Shown: in pieces, positions 11,501 to 20,980 of the stretch
Position numbering within the stretch: position 1 is the stretch's first letter
How the letters are laid out: each line of letters opens with the position of its first letter
Assembly: GCA_964413715.1 (NCBI GenBank)
Contig: CAYPSN010000003.1
Span: 1-64,000 of the forward strand
Length of the DNA stretch: 64,000 nt
Direction of reading: 5' to 3'
From: an uncultured Candidatus Saccharibacteria bacterium
GTDB lineage: Bacteria; Patescibacteriota; Saccharimonadia; CAILAD01; JADZBC01
The notes under the pieces: generated by a model
What the model saw: only the letters and a program-made list of their open reading frames with translations
The model's database searches: none
What the model was told of the DNA's origin: nothing
Position numbers and translations under genes: made by a program

Positions 11501-11952
11501 GTCAATCAGCCGTTATTGCCCTGATCGTTTTGAGTGGCTTGGCGTATGTGCTTATTCGACAGTCAGCCAAAACCAGCCTTAAGAAAAAACCATATCGTGG
11601 CATGAAAGTCGAAAGTCATGGCGAGGTTTATGATTTAGCGCGTGTTGCGCCAAAGTGGCACGAGATTCAAGCAATGCTCAAAAACGGCCCGAGCGGTCTG
11701 CGCAGCGCTTTGTTCGAAGCCGATAAATTGCTTGACTATGTTATGCAAGCACGGGGCTTTCAAGGTGAAACTATGGGAGAGCGGCTGAAAAATAATGGTA
11801 AAAGGCTCAGTAATCTGAACGACGTTTGGGCAGCGCATAAACTGCGCAATCAGTTTGCACATAGTTTGGATCACGACATTGTGCCAGCACAGGTTCAGAA
11901 GGCAGTGCAAGACTTAGGTAAAGCAATTGTGAGTTTGGGGGTGCGGATATGA
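11497..11952 (+). CDS. hypothetical membrane-anchored protein (151 aa) inserted between gatA and gatB
   Basis: N-terminal TM helix; C-terminal Rx4H (RNQFAH); start and stop overlap the gatA and gatB reading frames. Confidence 0.55.
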   Translation: MSQSAVIALIVLSGLAYVLIRQSAKTSLKKKPYRGMKVESHGEVYDLARVAPKWHEIQAMLKNGPSGLRSALFEADKLLDYVMQARGFQGETMGERLKNNGKRLSNLNDVWAAHKLRNQFAHSLDHDIVPAQVQKAVQDLGKAIVSLGVRI

Positions 11953-13364
11953 GCGATTATAAGCCAACCATCGGCATTGAAATCCACGTGCAGCTGGCTA
12001 CCAAATCAAAGATGTTCTGTGGCTGTGACAACGATTCACGAACTGCCGAGCCAAATACGAATATTTGCCCTGTCTGCATGGCCTACCCGGGTACGTTACC
12101 AGTTGTAAATAAGCGCGCTGTCGAACTAGCCATAAAGCTTGGCGAAGGTCTGAACGCCGAGATCGCTCGACATACGAGTTTTGATAGGAAAAACTACTTT
12201 TACCCCGACTCGCCCAAAGGCTATCAAATTACCCAGATGGACGAGCCGATTATTGGCCCAGGCTACGTGGAAATCTTGGTTGGCGGCGAATTTAAGCGCA
12301 TTGGCATTCATCACGCCCATTTAGAAGAAGATGCCGGTAAGTCGACACATCCGGATGGTGCCAACTATTCATTGGTCGACTTTAATCGCGCTGGCACGCC
12401 GTTGATCGAAATTGTTTCGGAGCCAGACATGCATACGCCCGAAGAGGCCCGACGATACTTGCAGGAAGTCTACAATATTGCCTCGGCAATTGGTGTAACG
12501 CATGGTGATTTGGAGCATGGTAATTTTAAGTTCGACCTGAACGTGTCGGTTAGCAAAACTGACAAACTCGGTACGCGTACAGAGCTAAAAAACCTAAACT
12601 CATTCAGGAACGCCGAACGCGCGCTTTCGTACGAGATACAGCGCCAAATTGATGTGCTGGAAAGTGGCGAAGTAGTGGAGCAAGAAACTCGAGGCTATAA
12701 CGATGCAAAAAACATTACGTTTTCGCAGCGTGGCAAAGAAATGGCGCATGATTATCGTTACTTCCCAGAGCCAGATTTGCCACCACTCGTAATTACAGAC
12801 GCCATGATATCTGAAGCGAAGCAAGAGATTGTAACCCTGCCAATTGTGGTGCGCAAAGAGCTGGTTGATGCAGGTGTTGGTGTCGACGAACAAGATGTTC
12901 TGATTGGCCAACCAAGCACCCTTGCGTTATTTCAAGAAGCTCGCGAAATCGTCAGAGACAAGGCGTTGACTTCGAAGCTCGTAAATTGGCTAGTGGGTGA
13001 CTACCAGGCATTGCTTGGGAGCGGCGTAGCTTCAAAACTTAAGCCCCAGGCGCTCGCAGAACTCGTAAACTTAGTAGACATGGGCAAGATAAGTTCTAAA
13101 ATAGCCAAGGATATATTTGCCGACGTTGTGGCTGGCGCAATGCCGCGAGAGGTTATTGCTGCCAAGGGCATTAGTCAGGTTTCGGACACTAACGAGCTGA
13201 CGGCGATTGTGAAAAAAGTTATAGAAGAGAACCCTACCGTTGTGGAACAATATAAGGCGGGTGAAGAAAAGGTGCTCGGCTTCTTGGTTGGTCAGATTAT
13301 GAAGGCCACGCAGGGCCAGGCAAATCCTGGGCTTGTTAACCAGATTCTACGCGAGCAGCTGTAA
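11949..13364 (+). CDS. gatB: Asp/Glu-tRNA amidotransferase subunit B
   Basis: 471 aa, GatB N-terminal Cys cluster and GatB/YqeY C-terminal region. Confidence 0.9.
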   Translation: MSDYKPTIGIEIHVQLATKSKMFCGCDNDSRTAEPNTNICPVCMAYPGTLPVVNKRAVELAIKLGEGLNAEIARHTSFDRKNYFYPDSPKGYQITQMDEPIIGPGYVEILVGGEFKRIGIHHAHLEEDAGKSTHPDGANYSLVDFNRAGTPLIEIVSEPDMHTPEEARRYLQEVYNIASAIGVTHGDLEHGNFKFDLNVSVSKTDKLGTRTELKNLNSFRNAERALSYEIQRQIDVLESGEVVEQETRGYNDAKNITFSQRGKEMAHDYRYFPEPDLPPLVITDAMISEAKQEIVTLPIVVRKELVDAGVGVDEQDVLIGQPSTLALFQEAREIVRDKALTSKLVNWLVGDYQALLGSGVASKLKPQALAELVNLVDMGKISSKIAKDIFADVVAGAMPREVIAAKGISQVSDTNELTAIVKKVIEENPTVVEQYKAGEEKVLGFLVGQIMKATQGQANPGLVNQILREQL

Positions 13365-13420
13365 ACGTTTGGCAAGGCGACGCAGGAGTTCTATAATATT
13401 AGAGTAAAAAGAGAAGCAAT

Positions 13421-13681
13421 ATGGATACAGCATTCTTAGTGTGGGCAGTAGTCTTATCGATTGCGACGTTGGTGTTGCTCGTGTTGGCTATTATTGCCGC
13501 GGTGTTTAGTGTAAAAATACTCAAATCCGTACGTCATATCGCTGAAAAAGCACAGGAAAGTGCCGACGCGGTGACAGAAGTAGTCGAAGGTGTACGTGAC
13601 AGCGTAGTGAGTCCTAGCATCGTAGCGGCGTTCATTAGCAATTACATTAATAAACAGGCAAGTAAACGGAGGAAAAAATGA
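13421..13681 (+). CDS. small membrane protein (86 aa)
   Basis: single TM helix. Confidence 0.45.
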   Translation: MDTAFLVWAVVLSIATLVLLVLAIIAAVFSVKILKSVRHIAEKAQESADAVTEVVEGVRDSVVSPSIVAAFISNYINKQASKRRKK

Positions 13682-14121
13682 GTAAAGACCGAGAAGAGAA
13701 AAAACACGGTTCTGGTGGGGCATTTGCGATTGGCGCTGCGGTAGGGGCAATTGCTGGAGCGGTGGCAGGCGTGTTTTTAGCACCAAAGAGCGGTAAAGAA
13801 AACCGAGAAGCCGTCGTACAGAAGGCCAAACAAATGAGTCATCAGCTCGAGGGCCAAATGAAAGAGCTTAAAAAGAACGGCTCAAAAGAAGCTCAAGAAC
13901 TGCTCAAGAAGGCCGAGAAGCTGCAGGCTCAGTTGGCCAGCAAGACACGTGAGCTGGCAGATAGCGGCCAAGACCTTTCAGAAGCTGCACTTAAAGAAGC
14001 TAAAGACTTGATCCATGATGCCCAAAAGCTTATCAAGGAACTCGGTGAATCTGCCGAGGTTGTTGGCGCAACCATTAAGCAAGAAGCCAAGAAAATCACT
14101 AAGACTCACAGTAAAAAATAG
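13678..14121 (+). CDS. YtxH-like general stress protein
   Basis: Gly/Ala-rich TM helix then a Lys/Glu-rich helical region. Confidence 0.5.
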   Translation: MSKDREEKKHGSGGAFAIGAAVGAIAGAVAGVFLAPKSGKENREAVVQKAKQMSHQLEGQMKELKKNGSKEAQELLKKAEKLQAQLASKTRELADSGQDLSEAALKEAKDLIHDAQKLIKELGESAEVVGATIKQEAKKITKTHSKK

Positions 14122-14405
14122 TGGCTAAGTCAGAGAAAAATAGACAGCTTGACGCAGCTACGGCTGTAGCAGGCAAGGTGAGCCTAAACGAGTTTGTTGA
14201 ATTGCTTAATAGCCCAAAGCGCTTAGCCTGGCTTAACTTTTATACTGGCTTTATACGTGGCGTGGCGAGCGTTATAGGTGTAGCGATTGCGATCGTATTG
14301 CTTGGACTTGCCGTAACGTATTTAGGTGGCATACCGCTGATCGGTGAGTTTATACAAAAGGTTGGCCAAGCGGCTAGCCAAGGTGTGCCTCCATCTGGAG
14401 TATAG
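14121..14405 (+). CDS. small membrane protein (94 aa)
   Basis: hydrophobic core. Confidence 0.45.
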   Translation: MAKSEKNRQLDAATAVAGKVSLNEFVELLNSPKRLAWLNFYTGFIRGVASVIGVAIAIVLLGLAVTYLGGIPLIGEFIQKVGQAASQGVPPSGV

Positions 14406-14442
14406 CTTTCCGACATTAATATTCTTTGGATCCAATAACGAT

Positions 14443-14475
14443 AAAACCGCACCTTGTAGTGCGGTTTTGTTGTTC
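14443..14475 (+). terminator. rho-independent terminator (aaaaccgcac cttgta gtgcggtttt + T-run)
   Basis: hairpin plus U-tract. Confidence 0.65.
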
Positions 14476-14498
14476 AGTAGTTGTGTATAATTGCGTTT

Positions 14499-14532
14499 TC
14501 TCCACTTAGGCCCCGAAGAGCCTAAGTGGAGA
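14499..14532 (-). terminator. 13-bp perfect hairpin (tctccacttaggc cccgaaga gcctaagtggaga) 3' of the high-GC minus-strand gene
   Basis: inverted repeat, no U-tract. Confidence 0.5.
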
Positions 14533-14548
14533 GGGTGCCTGGGTGTGA

Positions 14549-15046
14549 TCAGGCGACCGGCTGGTCTTCCAGCTCCCAGGAGGTTCGGGTGGTGAACTCC
14601 GACAGCCGCGGCGCCTTGAGCTCCTTGGCCTTGTGGTCCAGCCACAGCACGATGGCTTGCTGCTGCTTGAGCTGGTCGGGAGAGACGTTCGCTTGCATGG
14701 TGGTCTCCCAGCCGATCTGCGAGTTCGCTCGGTCGATGAGCTTGGCGACGAAGTCGTCGCCCATCAGCTTGCCGATGGCGGTACGCATGCGATCGTCGCC
14801 GATGACGTGCATGAACTGGCCACCAGGACTGGTACGCAGCAGCGTCTTGAGCGGAACGGACAGCTGGATGATGCTGCCGTCAGCCTTGGCTGCGATGGTG
14901 ATGCTCTCGACCGTCGTCTCGATCGCGACGTCGTTGTCGGGGTCGCCCTGGTTTCGGAACTGCACCACCAGCAGATCGCCGTGGCTGTAGCCCTTGCCCG
15001 AAGCGATCTTGCCTGGCATGGGGATTCTCTGGAGTGTTGCTTGCAT
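14549..15046 (-). CDS. hypothetical protein (166 aa), high GC, unknown family
   Basis: GAGAGGAAG RBS then ATG (MQATLQRIPMPGK...); the longer ORF to 15130 runs into low-GC flank. Confidence 0.6.
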   Translation of the reverse strand: MQATLQRIPMPGKIASGKGYSHGDLLVVQFRNQGDPDNDVAIETTVESITIAAKADGSIIQLSVPLKTLLRTSPGGQFMHVIGDDRMRTAIGKLMGDDFVAKLIDRANSQIGWETTMQANVSPDQLKQQQAIVLWLDHKAKELKAPRLSEFTTRTSWELEDQPVA

Positions 15047-15220
15047 TGACTTCCTCTCGTGTCGATTGCAACAGTAATTCATTTTGCCGAAGAATGCTGA
15101 TTTTTGCAAGTAAACCATACGATGATACAAAAAATCTTACTTTTCAAGACTTATGTTGCTTAAGGTTTGGGCATATAATGTATGTAATATGCAAAAGTGG
15201 GGTGAGGAGGGGTAACCTGC

Positions 15221-18200
15221 GTGTCGTCTAGTACGGAAACAAAAACCGATACACAAAAGCCAGCTGCCAGTTCAGCCGTGGTTGATTTTGTGCATTTACA
15301 TAATCACACACACTATAGCTTGCTCGATGGCTTGCAGAAGATACCGCAGCTGCTTGATCAAGTAGAGGCTCTTGGGCAAAAGGCTGTAGCCATTACTGAC
15401 CATGGTACACTCTCGGGCGCAATTGAGTTTTATAAGGAGTGTAAGAAGCGCGACATTAAACCCATTATCGGCATGGAGGCGTATGTTGCGCCGAGAAAGC
15501 ATACCGACAAAAGCTCCAAAGAAGATCGTACGCCGTATCACTTGACCTTGCTCGCTAAGAACGAACAAGGCTACAAGAACCTCTTGAAGCTTTCGACCAT
15601 TGCTTGGCTCGATGGTTTTTATTACAAGCCACGTATTGATCGTGATTTATTAATGAAATACCACGAAGGCTTGGTGTGCCTGTCGGGCTGCATCGGTGGC
15701 GAACTGGGCACTCATATTCTTAATGGCGACCCGGATGATGCCATGGAGGCTGCCGAGTGGTACAAGAATCTATTCGGCGCAGAAAACTATTTTCTGGAAG
15801 TTCAGCCACACATTGGCTGGAAGCCGCAAGACCGCGTGAATGCAGGCTTGCAGGTTATTGCTAAGACCCTTGGCTTGGGCTTGGTGGCAACTGGCGATGC
15901 TCATTACACCAAAGACACTGACCACTATGCCCATGATATTTTGCTCTGCGTGCAGACTGGCAGCTTACTGGAAGATCCGAACCGCATGAAGCTTGACCAA
16001 GATCTGTCGGTGCGTAGCGGGGAATTTTTTGCTGAGAAATTTCCCAATCTACCAGAAGCCATTACAAATACAGTGAAGATTGCCGATATGTGCGATTTGT
16101 ACATCGAACTTGGCCAGATTCTGATTCCAAAATTCGACGTGCCCGAAGGTGAGACAGAAAAGAGTTACTTACGAAGATTGGTATTTACGGGCGCAGCTTG
16201 GCGGTACCTGAAAGTACCCAAGGAAGATTTGGCAACTATGAAAGAGAGCGACATAAAGCCAAAACTTGAGGCCAAAGTGGTCGAGCGGATTGAATACGAG
16301 CTAGAGGTGATCGGCAAAATGGGTTACGAAGGTTACTTCTTGATCGTGGCGGACTTGATTAACTGGAGTAAGAATCAGGGGATAATCTGCGGGCCTGGTC
16401 GTGGTAGCGCCGCAGGCTCGATTGTGGCATACCTTACTAACATTACCGACCTCGATCCACTGGAGTATGACCTGCTGTTCGAACGATTCCTAAACCCAGA
16501 CCGTATATCCATGCCTGATATTGATATGGACTACGCCGACGATAGACGTGAAGAAGTGATTGCTTATGCGACCGAGAAGTATGGACAGGAGCGAGTTGCT
16601 CAAATCATTACCTTCGGTGTTATGGCGGCACGTAACGCCGTGCGCGATACGGGCAGAGTACTAGGTATGCCGTACGCTGAAGTCGACGCCATTGCAAAAC
16701 TAATTCCTGCTCCAGTGCAAGGCCGACACATTCCGCTAGCCAAGTCGATTGTGGAAGATCAAGATTTATCACGAGAGTATAATTCAAACCCGCGTGCTAA
16801 AAACGTGATTGATGTGGCTATGCAGCTGGAAGGTACAATTCGCAATGCAGGTACGCACGCGGCTGGTGTAGTGATTGCCCCCGAGGCATTAGTCGAGCGC
16901 GTGCCACTTACGCGGGCGTCGAAAGGCGGCATTGCCACACAATACACCATGGGGCCGGTAGAAGAATTAGGGCTTCTCAAATTCGACTTTTTGGGTCTGT
17001 CGAACTTAACGATTATCAAAAACACCCTGCGTATTATTCGAAAAGTTTATGGTGTGGAGTTGGATCCGGCTCACATTCCGCTGGATGATGAAAAGACTTA
17101 TGAGCTGCTGGCGCATGGCGACACAACTGGCGTGTTTCAGTTGGAGTCTTCTGGTATGAAACGATACTTAAAAGAACTCAAACCAGATCGATTTGATGAC
17201 ATTATCGCCATGTGTGCGTTGTATCGACCGGGTCCACTCTCGGCCGGGCTGACCGATAGTTTTGTGCGACGCAAAAACGGACTTGAAGAAGTCACCTACG
17301 ACCATCCCTCGATGGAGCCATCGCTGAAGACCACCTATGGCGTTTTGGTTTACCAAGAGCAGGTTATGCAATTCTCTAAAGACGTCTGCGGCTTTACTGG
17401 TGGTGAGGCCGATACTCTGCGTAAGGCGATTGGTAAAAAGCAAGTTGAGACTATGGCCAAAATGAAAAAAGCCTTCATAGAAGGCGGCGTGACCCATTCT
17501 AAAGTACCACGTGATATTATGGAGCGATTTTGGGATCACTTACTGGGCTTTGCCGACTACTGTTTTAATAAATCGCACTCCGCTTGCTACGCCTTAATCG
17601 TGGTTCAAACTGCTTATCTTAAGGCTCACTACCCGGCAGCATTCATGGCAGCGCTGATGACCAGCGATTACGGCAATCTCGACCGCATTGCCATAGAGGT
17701 AACAGAGTGCCGCAAGATGGGCCTAGAATTATTGCCCCCAGATGTGAACGAGAGCTACTATGAGTTTGCAGTTGTGCCAGAAACCAACAATATTCGTTTT
17801 GGCCTGGCGGCGGTTAAGAACGTTGGCTCGGGGCCGATCGCAGCGATCGTTGCAGCGCGTGACGAAGGTGGCTCGTTCAAATCTGTCGAGGATTTTGCCA
17901 AGCGCGTAGATGCTGCCCACGTAAACCGTAAAACCATGGAAAGCTTAATTAGGGCCGGGGCATTCGACAGCATGGGTGAACGTGATACGTTGCTGGAAAA
18001 CGTGGACAAAATTACTTCCTATGCCACTCGGGCGCAAAAGAATGCGCTATCTGGTCAGATTGATATTTTTGGCGCTATTGGCATGCAAGACGAAATGCCT
18101 CCACTCCAGTTCGACATTCCTAATTCTAAGCCTGATTTACGGCAACACTTGATGTGGGAGAAGGAGTTGCTTGGATTGTACATATCCTCGCACCCACTCG

Positions 18201-18850
18201 ATGAGTATGATAACTATTTGTACGACCAGACGATGCCACTCAGTAAGCTCAATTCAAGCCTCGAGAATCGCTCGGTCCACATTGGCGGAATCATTACTAC
18301 CTTCCGTAAAATTACCACTAAGGCCGGCTCGAGCATGGCATTCGTGGGTATAGAAAGTAAAGACGGCGAAGTCGAACTCATTGTCTTTCCGCGGCCGTTT
18401 GAAAATTACCAGGCGATTTTGGCCGTTGATAATGTGGTCGAAGTTGAGGGTAAGGTTAGTACAAAAGATCGCGACGGTAAGTTGGGTGGCGAATTAAAAA
18501 TCCTAGTTGATAAGGTAAAGCTGATCGATATAGAAAAAGCGCGCAAGTGGCTTCCCAAAAAGCGCGAAGAAGCGGTCGAAGACGAAGCGCCAGCGGTAGC
18601 GCATCAGGAGCTCTTTGTGCACCTTGATAGCCTCAAGGACAGCTCGCAGCTCTTGGCAGTTAAGAAAATCTTAGAACGCCAAAAAGGACCATGTGCGAGT
18701 TATTTGGTCTTGGGCGGGCCAGAGCGTAAGTTGATTAAATTACCATATAAGGTGGCGATTAATGACATTGTTACGAGCGAACTGAATGAGCTGCTCGGCG
18801 CTGATCATGTAGTGGTAAAAGAAGCTAGCACGCAGCATGCCACGGCATAA
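15221..18850 (+). CDS. dnaE: DNA polymerase III alpha subunit
   Basis: PHP domain at the N-terminus, polymerase core and OB fold; 1209 aa; GTG start with GAGGAGG RBS. Confidence 0.9.
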   Translation: MSSSTETKTDTQKPAASSAVVDFVHLHNHTHYSLLDGLQKIPQLLDQVEALGQKAVAITDHGTLSGAIEFYKECKKRDIKPIIGMEAYVAPRKHTDKSSKEDRTPYHLTLLAKNEQGYKNLLKLSTIAWLDGFYYKPRIDRDLLMKYHEGLVCLSGCIGGELGTHILNGDPDDAMEAAEWYKNLFGAENYFLEVQPHIGWKPQDRVNAGLQVIAKTLGLGLVATGDAHYTKDTDHYAHDILLCVQTGSLLEDPNRMKLDQDLSVRSGEFFAEKFPNLPEAITNTVKIADMCDLYIELGQILIPKFDVPEGETEKSYLRRLVFTGAAWRYLKVPKEDLATMKESDIKPKLEAKVVERIEYELEVIGKMGYEGYFLIVADLINWSKNQGIICGPGRGSAAGSIVAYLTNITDLDPLEYDLLFERFLNPDRISMPDIDMDYADDRREEVIAYATEKYGQERVAQIITFGVMAARNAVRDTGRVLGMPYAEVDAIAKLIPAPVQGRHIPLAKSIVEDQDLSREYNSNPRAKNVIDVAMQLEGTIRNAGTHAAGVVIAPEALVERVPLTRASKGGIATQYTMGPVEELGLLKFDFLGLSNLTIIKNTLRIIRKVYGVELDPAHIPLDDEKTYELLAHGDTTGVFQLESSGMKRYLKELKPDRFDDIIAMCALYRPGPLSAGLTDSFVRRKNGLEEVTYDHPSMEPSLKTTYGVLVYQEQVMQFSKDVCGFTGGEADTLRKAIGKKQVETMAKMKKAFIEGGVTHSKVPRDIMERFWDHLLGFADYCFNKSHSACYALIVVQTAYLKAHYPAAFMAALMTSDYGNLDRIAIEVTECRKMGLELLPPDVNESYYEFAVVPETNNIRFGLAAVKNVGSGPIAAIVAARDEGGSFKSVEDFAKRVDAAHVNRKTMESLIRAGAFDSMGERDTLLENVDKITSYATRAQKNALSGQIDIFGAIGMQDEMPPLQFDIPNSKPDLRQHLMWEKELLGLYISSHPLDEYDNYLYDQTMPLSKLNSSLENRSVHIGGIITTFRKITTKAGSSMAFVGIESKDGEVELIVFPRPFENYQAILAVDNVVEVEGKVSTKDRDGKLGGELKILVDKVKLIDIEKARKWLPKKREEAVEDEAPAVAHQELFVHLDSLKDSSQLLAVKKILERQKGPCASYLVLGGPERKLIKLPYKVAINDIVTSELNELLGADHVVVKEASTQHATA

Positions 18851-18851
18851 C

Positions 18852-18884
18852 AAAAACTACCACCCCTCAGGATGGTAGTTTTTA
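18852..18884. terminator. bidirectional terminator hairpin (aaaaactacca...tggtagttttt)
   Basis: hairpin flanked by A-runs and T-runs. Confidence 0.6.
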
Positions 18885-18889
18885 AATAA

Positions 18890-19535
18890 TTGCTGTAGGG
18901 CGGCGGTGGAAAGAGCGTGAGCTCTCACCACCACCGGGACGGTGCTTGGACCCGCGAAAGTCCAGGTCGGCGTGCCGGCCGACGGAAACCCTTGCGGGTC
19001 TCCCGAGGGTACCATGCAGGTTATAACCGAAAGCGGTTATAAACTTTTGACCGCATGGCGGCGAAGCTTCGCTTGGTGGGCGCAGCCTGCCCTGCAAATT
19101 ACCTGGTGCTTTACAGCACAAGGGGTCGAGTTCCGCATCATCTTCATCCGAACCGCTAAGCTCAGATTAGGAATCTACTTTCCCCAGAGCGACTTGCAGC
19201 CGTCGCTCCAGCACAACCTATAGGCTAACCGCTTTTACACCTGCGGCTAATTGTGCTGACTTTTTGTCTGGTGCCCGGGCATCCTCGGGGCTACTACAAG
19301 TTGCGCTTCGGGCCAAACCGTGCGCTCACTCCTGCGTAGTAGGCGTAATTTTTCGGGATAAGGTTTTCCTGCGGCTGCCGGCCGCTGGTTACCTCTGCTG
19401 TTGGCAGAAACTTCAGCGGTGCGGCCGCACCTCCCTAGACAAGCTTTTGAGTGGGGAGTCGCCTCCCCAGGTGCCTCCATCGGCCCGGTGCCCCGGTCCT
19501 TTAGCTGCTTCCTTCGCGCTCATTCGCACTGTCAG
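18890..19535 (-). ncRNA. candidate structured ncRNA (family unassigned); GC-rich, ORF-poor region driven by a minus-strand promoter
   Basis: about 58% GC against about 48% background; only short Ala/Arg/Pro-rich junk ORFs; dense hairpins; TTGACA-17-TATTAT upstream on the minus strand; ends at the bidirectional dnaE terminator. Confidence 0.3.
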
Positions 19536-19541
19536 GACAAC

Positions 19542-19570
19542 ATAATATCATACTAAATATAAAATGTCAA
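19542..19570 (-). promoter_or_regulatory. sigma70-like TTGACA-17-TATTAT, minus strand
   Basis: consensus -35, exact 17 nt spacer, 5/6 match at -10. Confidence 0.4.
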
Positions 19571-19589
19571 TACTTTTTTGGCATATCTA

Positions 19590-19618
19590 TTGCCTAGGTG
19601 GGGCAAATATGTTAGACT
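19590..19618 (+). promoter_or_regulatory. sigma70-like TTGCCT-17-TAGACT upstream of rplS; the ATG lies about 10 nt downstream, so the mRNA may be leaderless
   Basis: motif spacing; no SD sequence before the rplS ATG. Confidence 0.3.
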
Positions 19619-19627
19619 CATAAAGTT

Positions 19628-20251
19628 ATGAACGCAATAGAACTCGTCGAAAAGAAGAATTATAAAACCAAAGTGGTAGACGTACGCCCTGGTGACACTG
19701 TTCGTGTGCACCAGATGATCCGCGAAGGCAATAAGCAGCGTGTGCAGGTGTTCGAAGGTGTCGTTATTCGCCGCAAGAGCATGAATGGCTTACAGGCAAG
19801 CATTACTGTACGCAAGATTGCCTCGGGCGTAGGTGTAGAAAAAACTTGGTTCCTACACTCACCAAATGTTGTGAAGATCGAGGTAATGCGTCGCGCTAAA
19901 GTGCGTCGAGCATTCTTGGGCTACATGCGTGGTTTGCGCGGTAAGGCTGCCCGTATGGCTGAGCAAGAGTTTGACCGAGCGGCTGCCAATGAAGCCGATG
20001 CTCGCACAGCTGGTCAGATAGCTGCCGAAGCCGAGGCCGAAGCTGCTGCTACCGAAGCCCCAGCCGAAAACGCTGGCGAAGATGTAATGCAGCAAGCTGA
20101 TACAGTTTCCGCCGAAGAAGTTGCTAAGCAAGAAGAAAAAGAAGCTAAGCAAGCTGATCCGGAAAAAGACGCTACTGCCAAAGACGACGAAGCCGTCGCT
20201 GAAAAGGTAGAGGCCGAAGCTGGCGAAGCCAAAGCCGAGCCAAAAGCTTAA
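19628..20251 (+). CDS. rplS: 50S ribosomal protein L19 with an Ala/Glu/Lys-rich C-terminal extension of about 95 aa
   Basis: L19 core followed by a low-complexity tail. Confidence 0.85.
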   Translation: MNAIELVEKKNYKTKVVDVRPGDTVRVHQMIREGNKQRVQVFEGVVIRRKSMNGLQASITVRKIASGVGVEKTWFLHSPNVVKIEVMRRAKVRRAFLGYMRGLRGKAARMAEQEFDRAAANEADARTAGQIAAEAEAEAAATEAPAENAGEDVMQQADTVSAEEVAKQEEKEAKQADPEKDATAKDDEAVAEKVEAEAGEAKAEPKA

Positions 20252-20265
20252 ACGAGAAGCTCTGC

Positions 20266-20300
20266 AAAAAAACCGCCCAATATTGATTAGGGCGGTTTTT
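20266..20300. terminator. bidirectional rho-independent terminator (aaaaccgccc...gggcggtttt)
   Basis: hairpin with A-tract and U-tract. Confidence 0.65.
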
Positions 20301-20975
20301 GATTAGTAATTGCGGGAGAAATAGTACCGAAAATGAAGAACGCCTCCCTGTGAGGGGAGGCGACCAGAGCCAGGAAGCCTGGATGGATTTCGAAGTTAGG
20401 CGGGCATTGCCCGCCGGTGGAGAGACGTTGACTGAGGTCAGCTAGGCTGAAGTCCTCGTATGGGTTTATTGGGGCGGTATTTCCGCGCGCCACCCATACC
20501 TTCTCTGTCTCAAGAAGGGGGAGGAAAGAGCCGACTATTCGGTTAGTCGTCCTGAATGCTCTTGCTGGCAACACCACGAGGGAGTCCTCCATAAACTACC
20601 AGCTTTGTTTGCTCACCGGTACTCCGGTCCAAACACTCCCATTTCTTCGACGGCAAGGGTGCTGATTCCGTGATCCGATTGTAGCCCTAGGAGCCACGTA
20701 GAGTTCTCCTCTATCAGATCGATAGTCCGCAGGCACTCCGGCCCGGCTATCCATTTGCAACAGGCCCGCTGCTGCTCGGGTCCACCGCTGGGGTGAACGA
20801 TCCACCCGCTGTTCCTTGCGGGGTCATCCAGTATGCTCCTGTCGGAACTCCCCACTTGCGTGGCAGGAGCATCTCCCTCACCTAGAGGAAAGTCAGGTCT
20901 GAAGTCAGGTGCTTCATTCCCTAGCCAAGCAAAGGTGTAAGCTCGGCAGTTTGGTAGCCCGAAGGCGACCGAACA
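20300..20975 (-). ncRNA. candidate minus-strand transcript, GC-rich (about 60%); either a structured ncRNA or a frameshifted remnant gene
   Basis: TTGACA-17-TATTAT promoter at 20981-21009 on the minus strand; ends at the rplS bidirectional terminator; two adjacent ORFs (125 aa and 101 aa) in different frames; many hairpins (ggcgggcaatgcccgcc, ccaggcttcctgg, cctcccctcacagggagg). Confidence 0.3.
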
Positions 20976-20980
20976 TAGGC

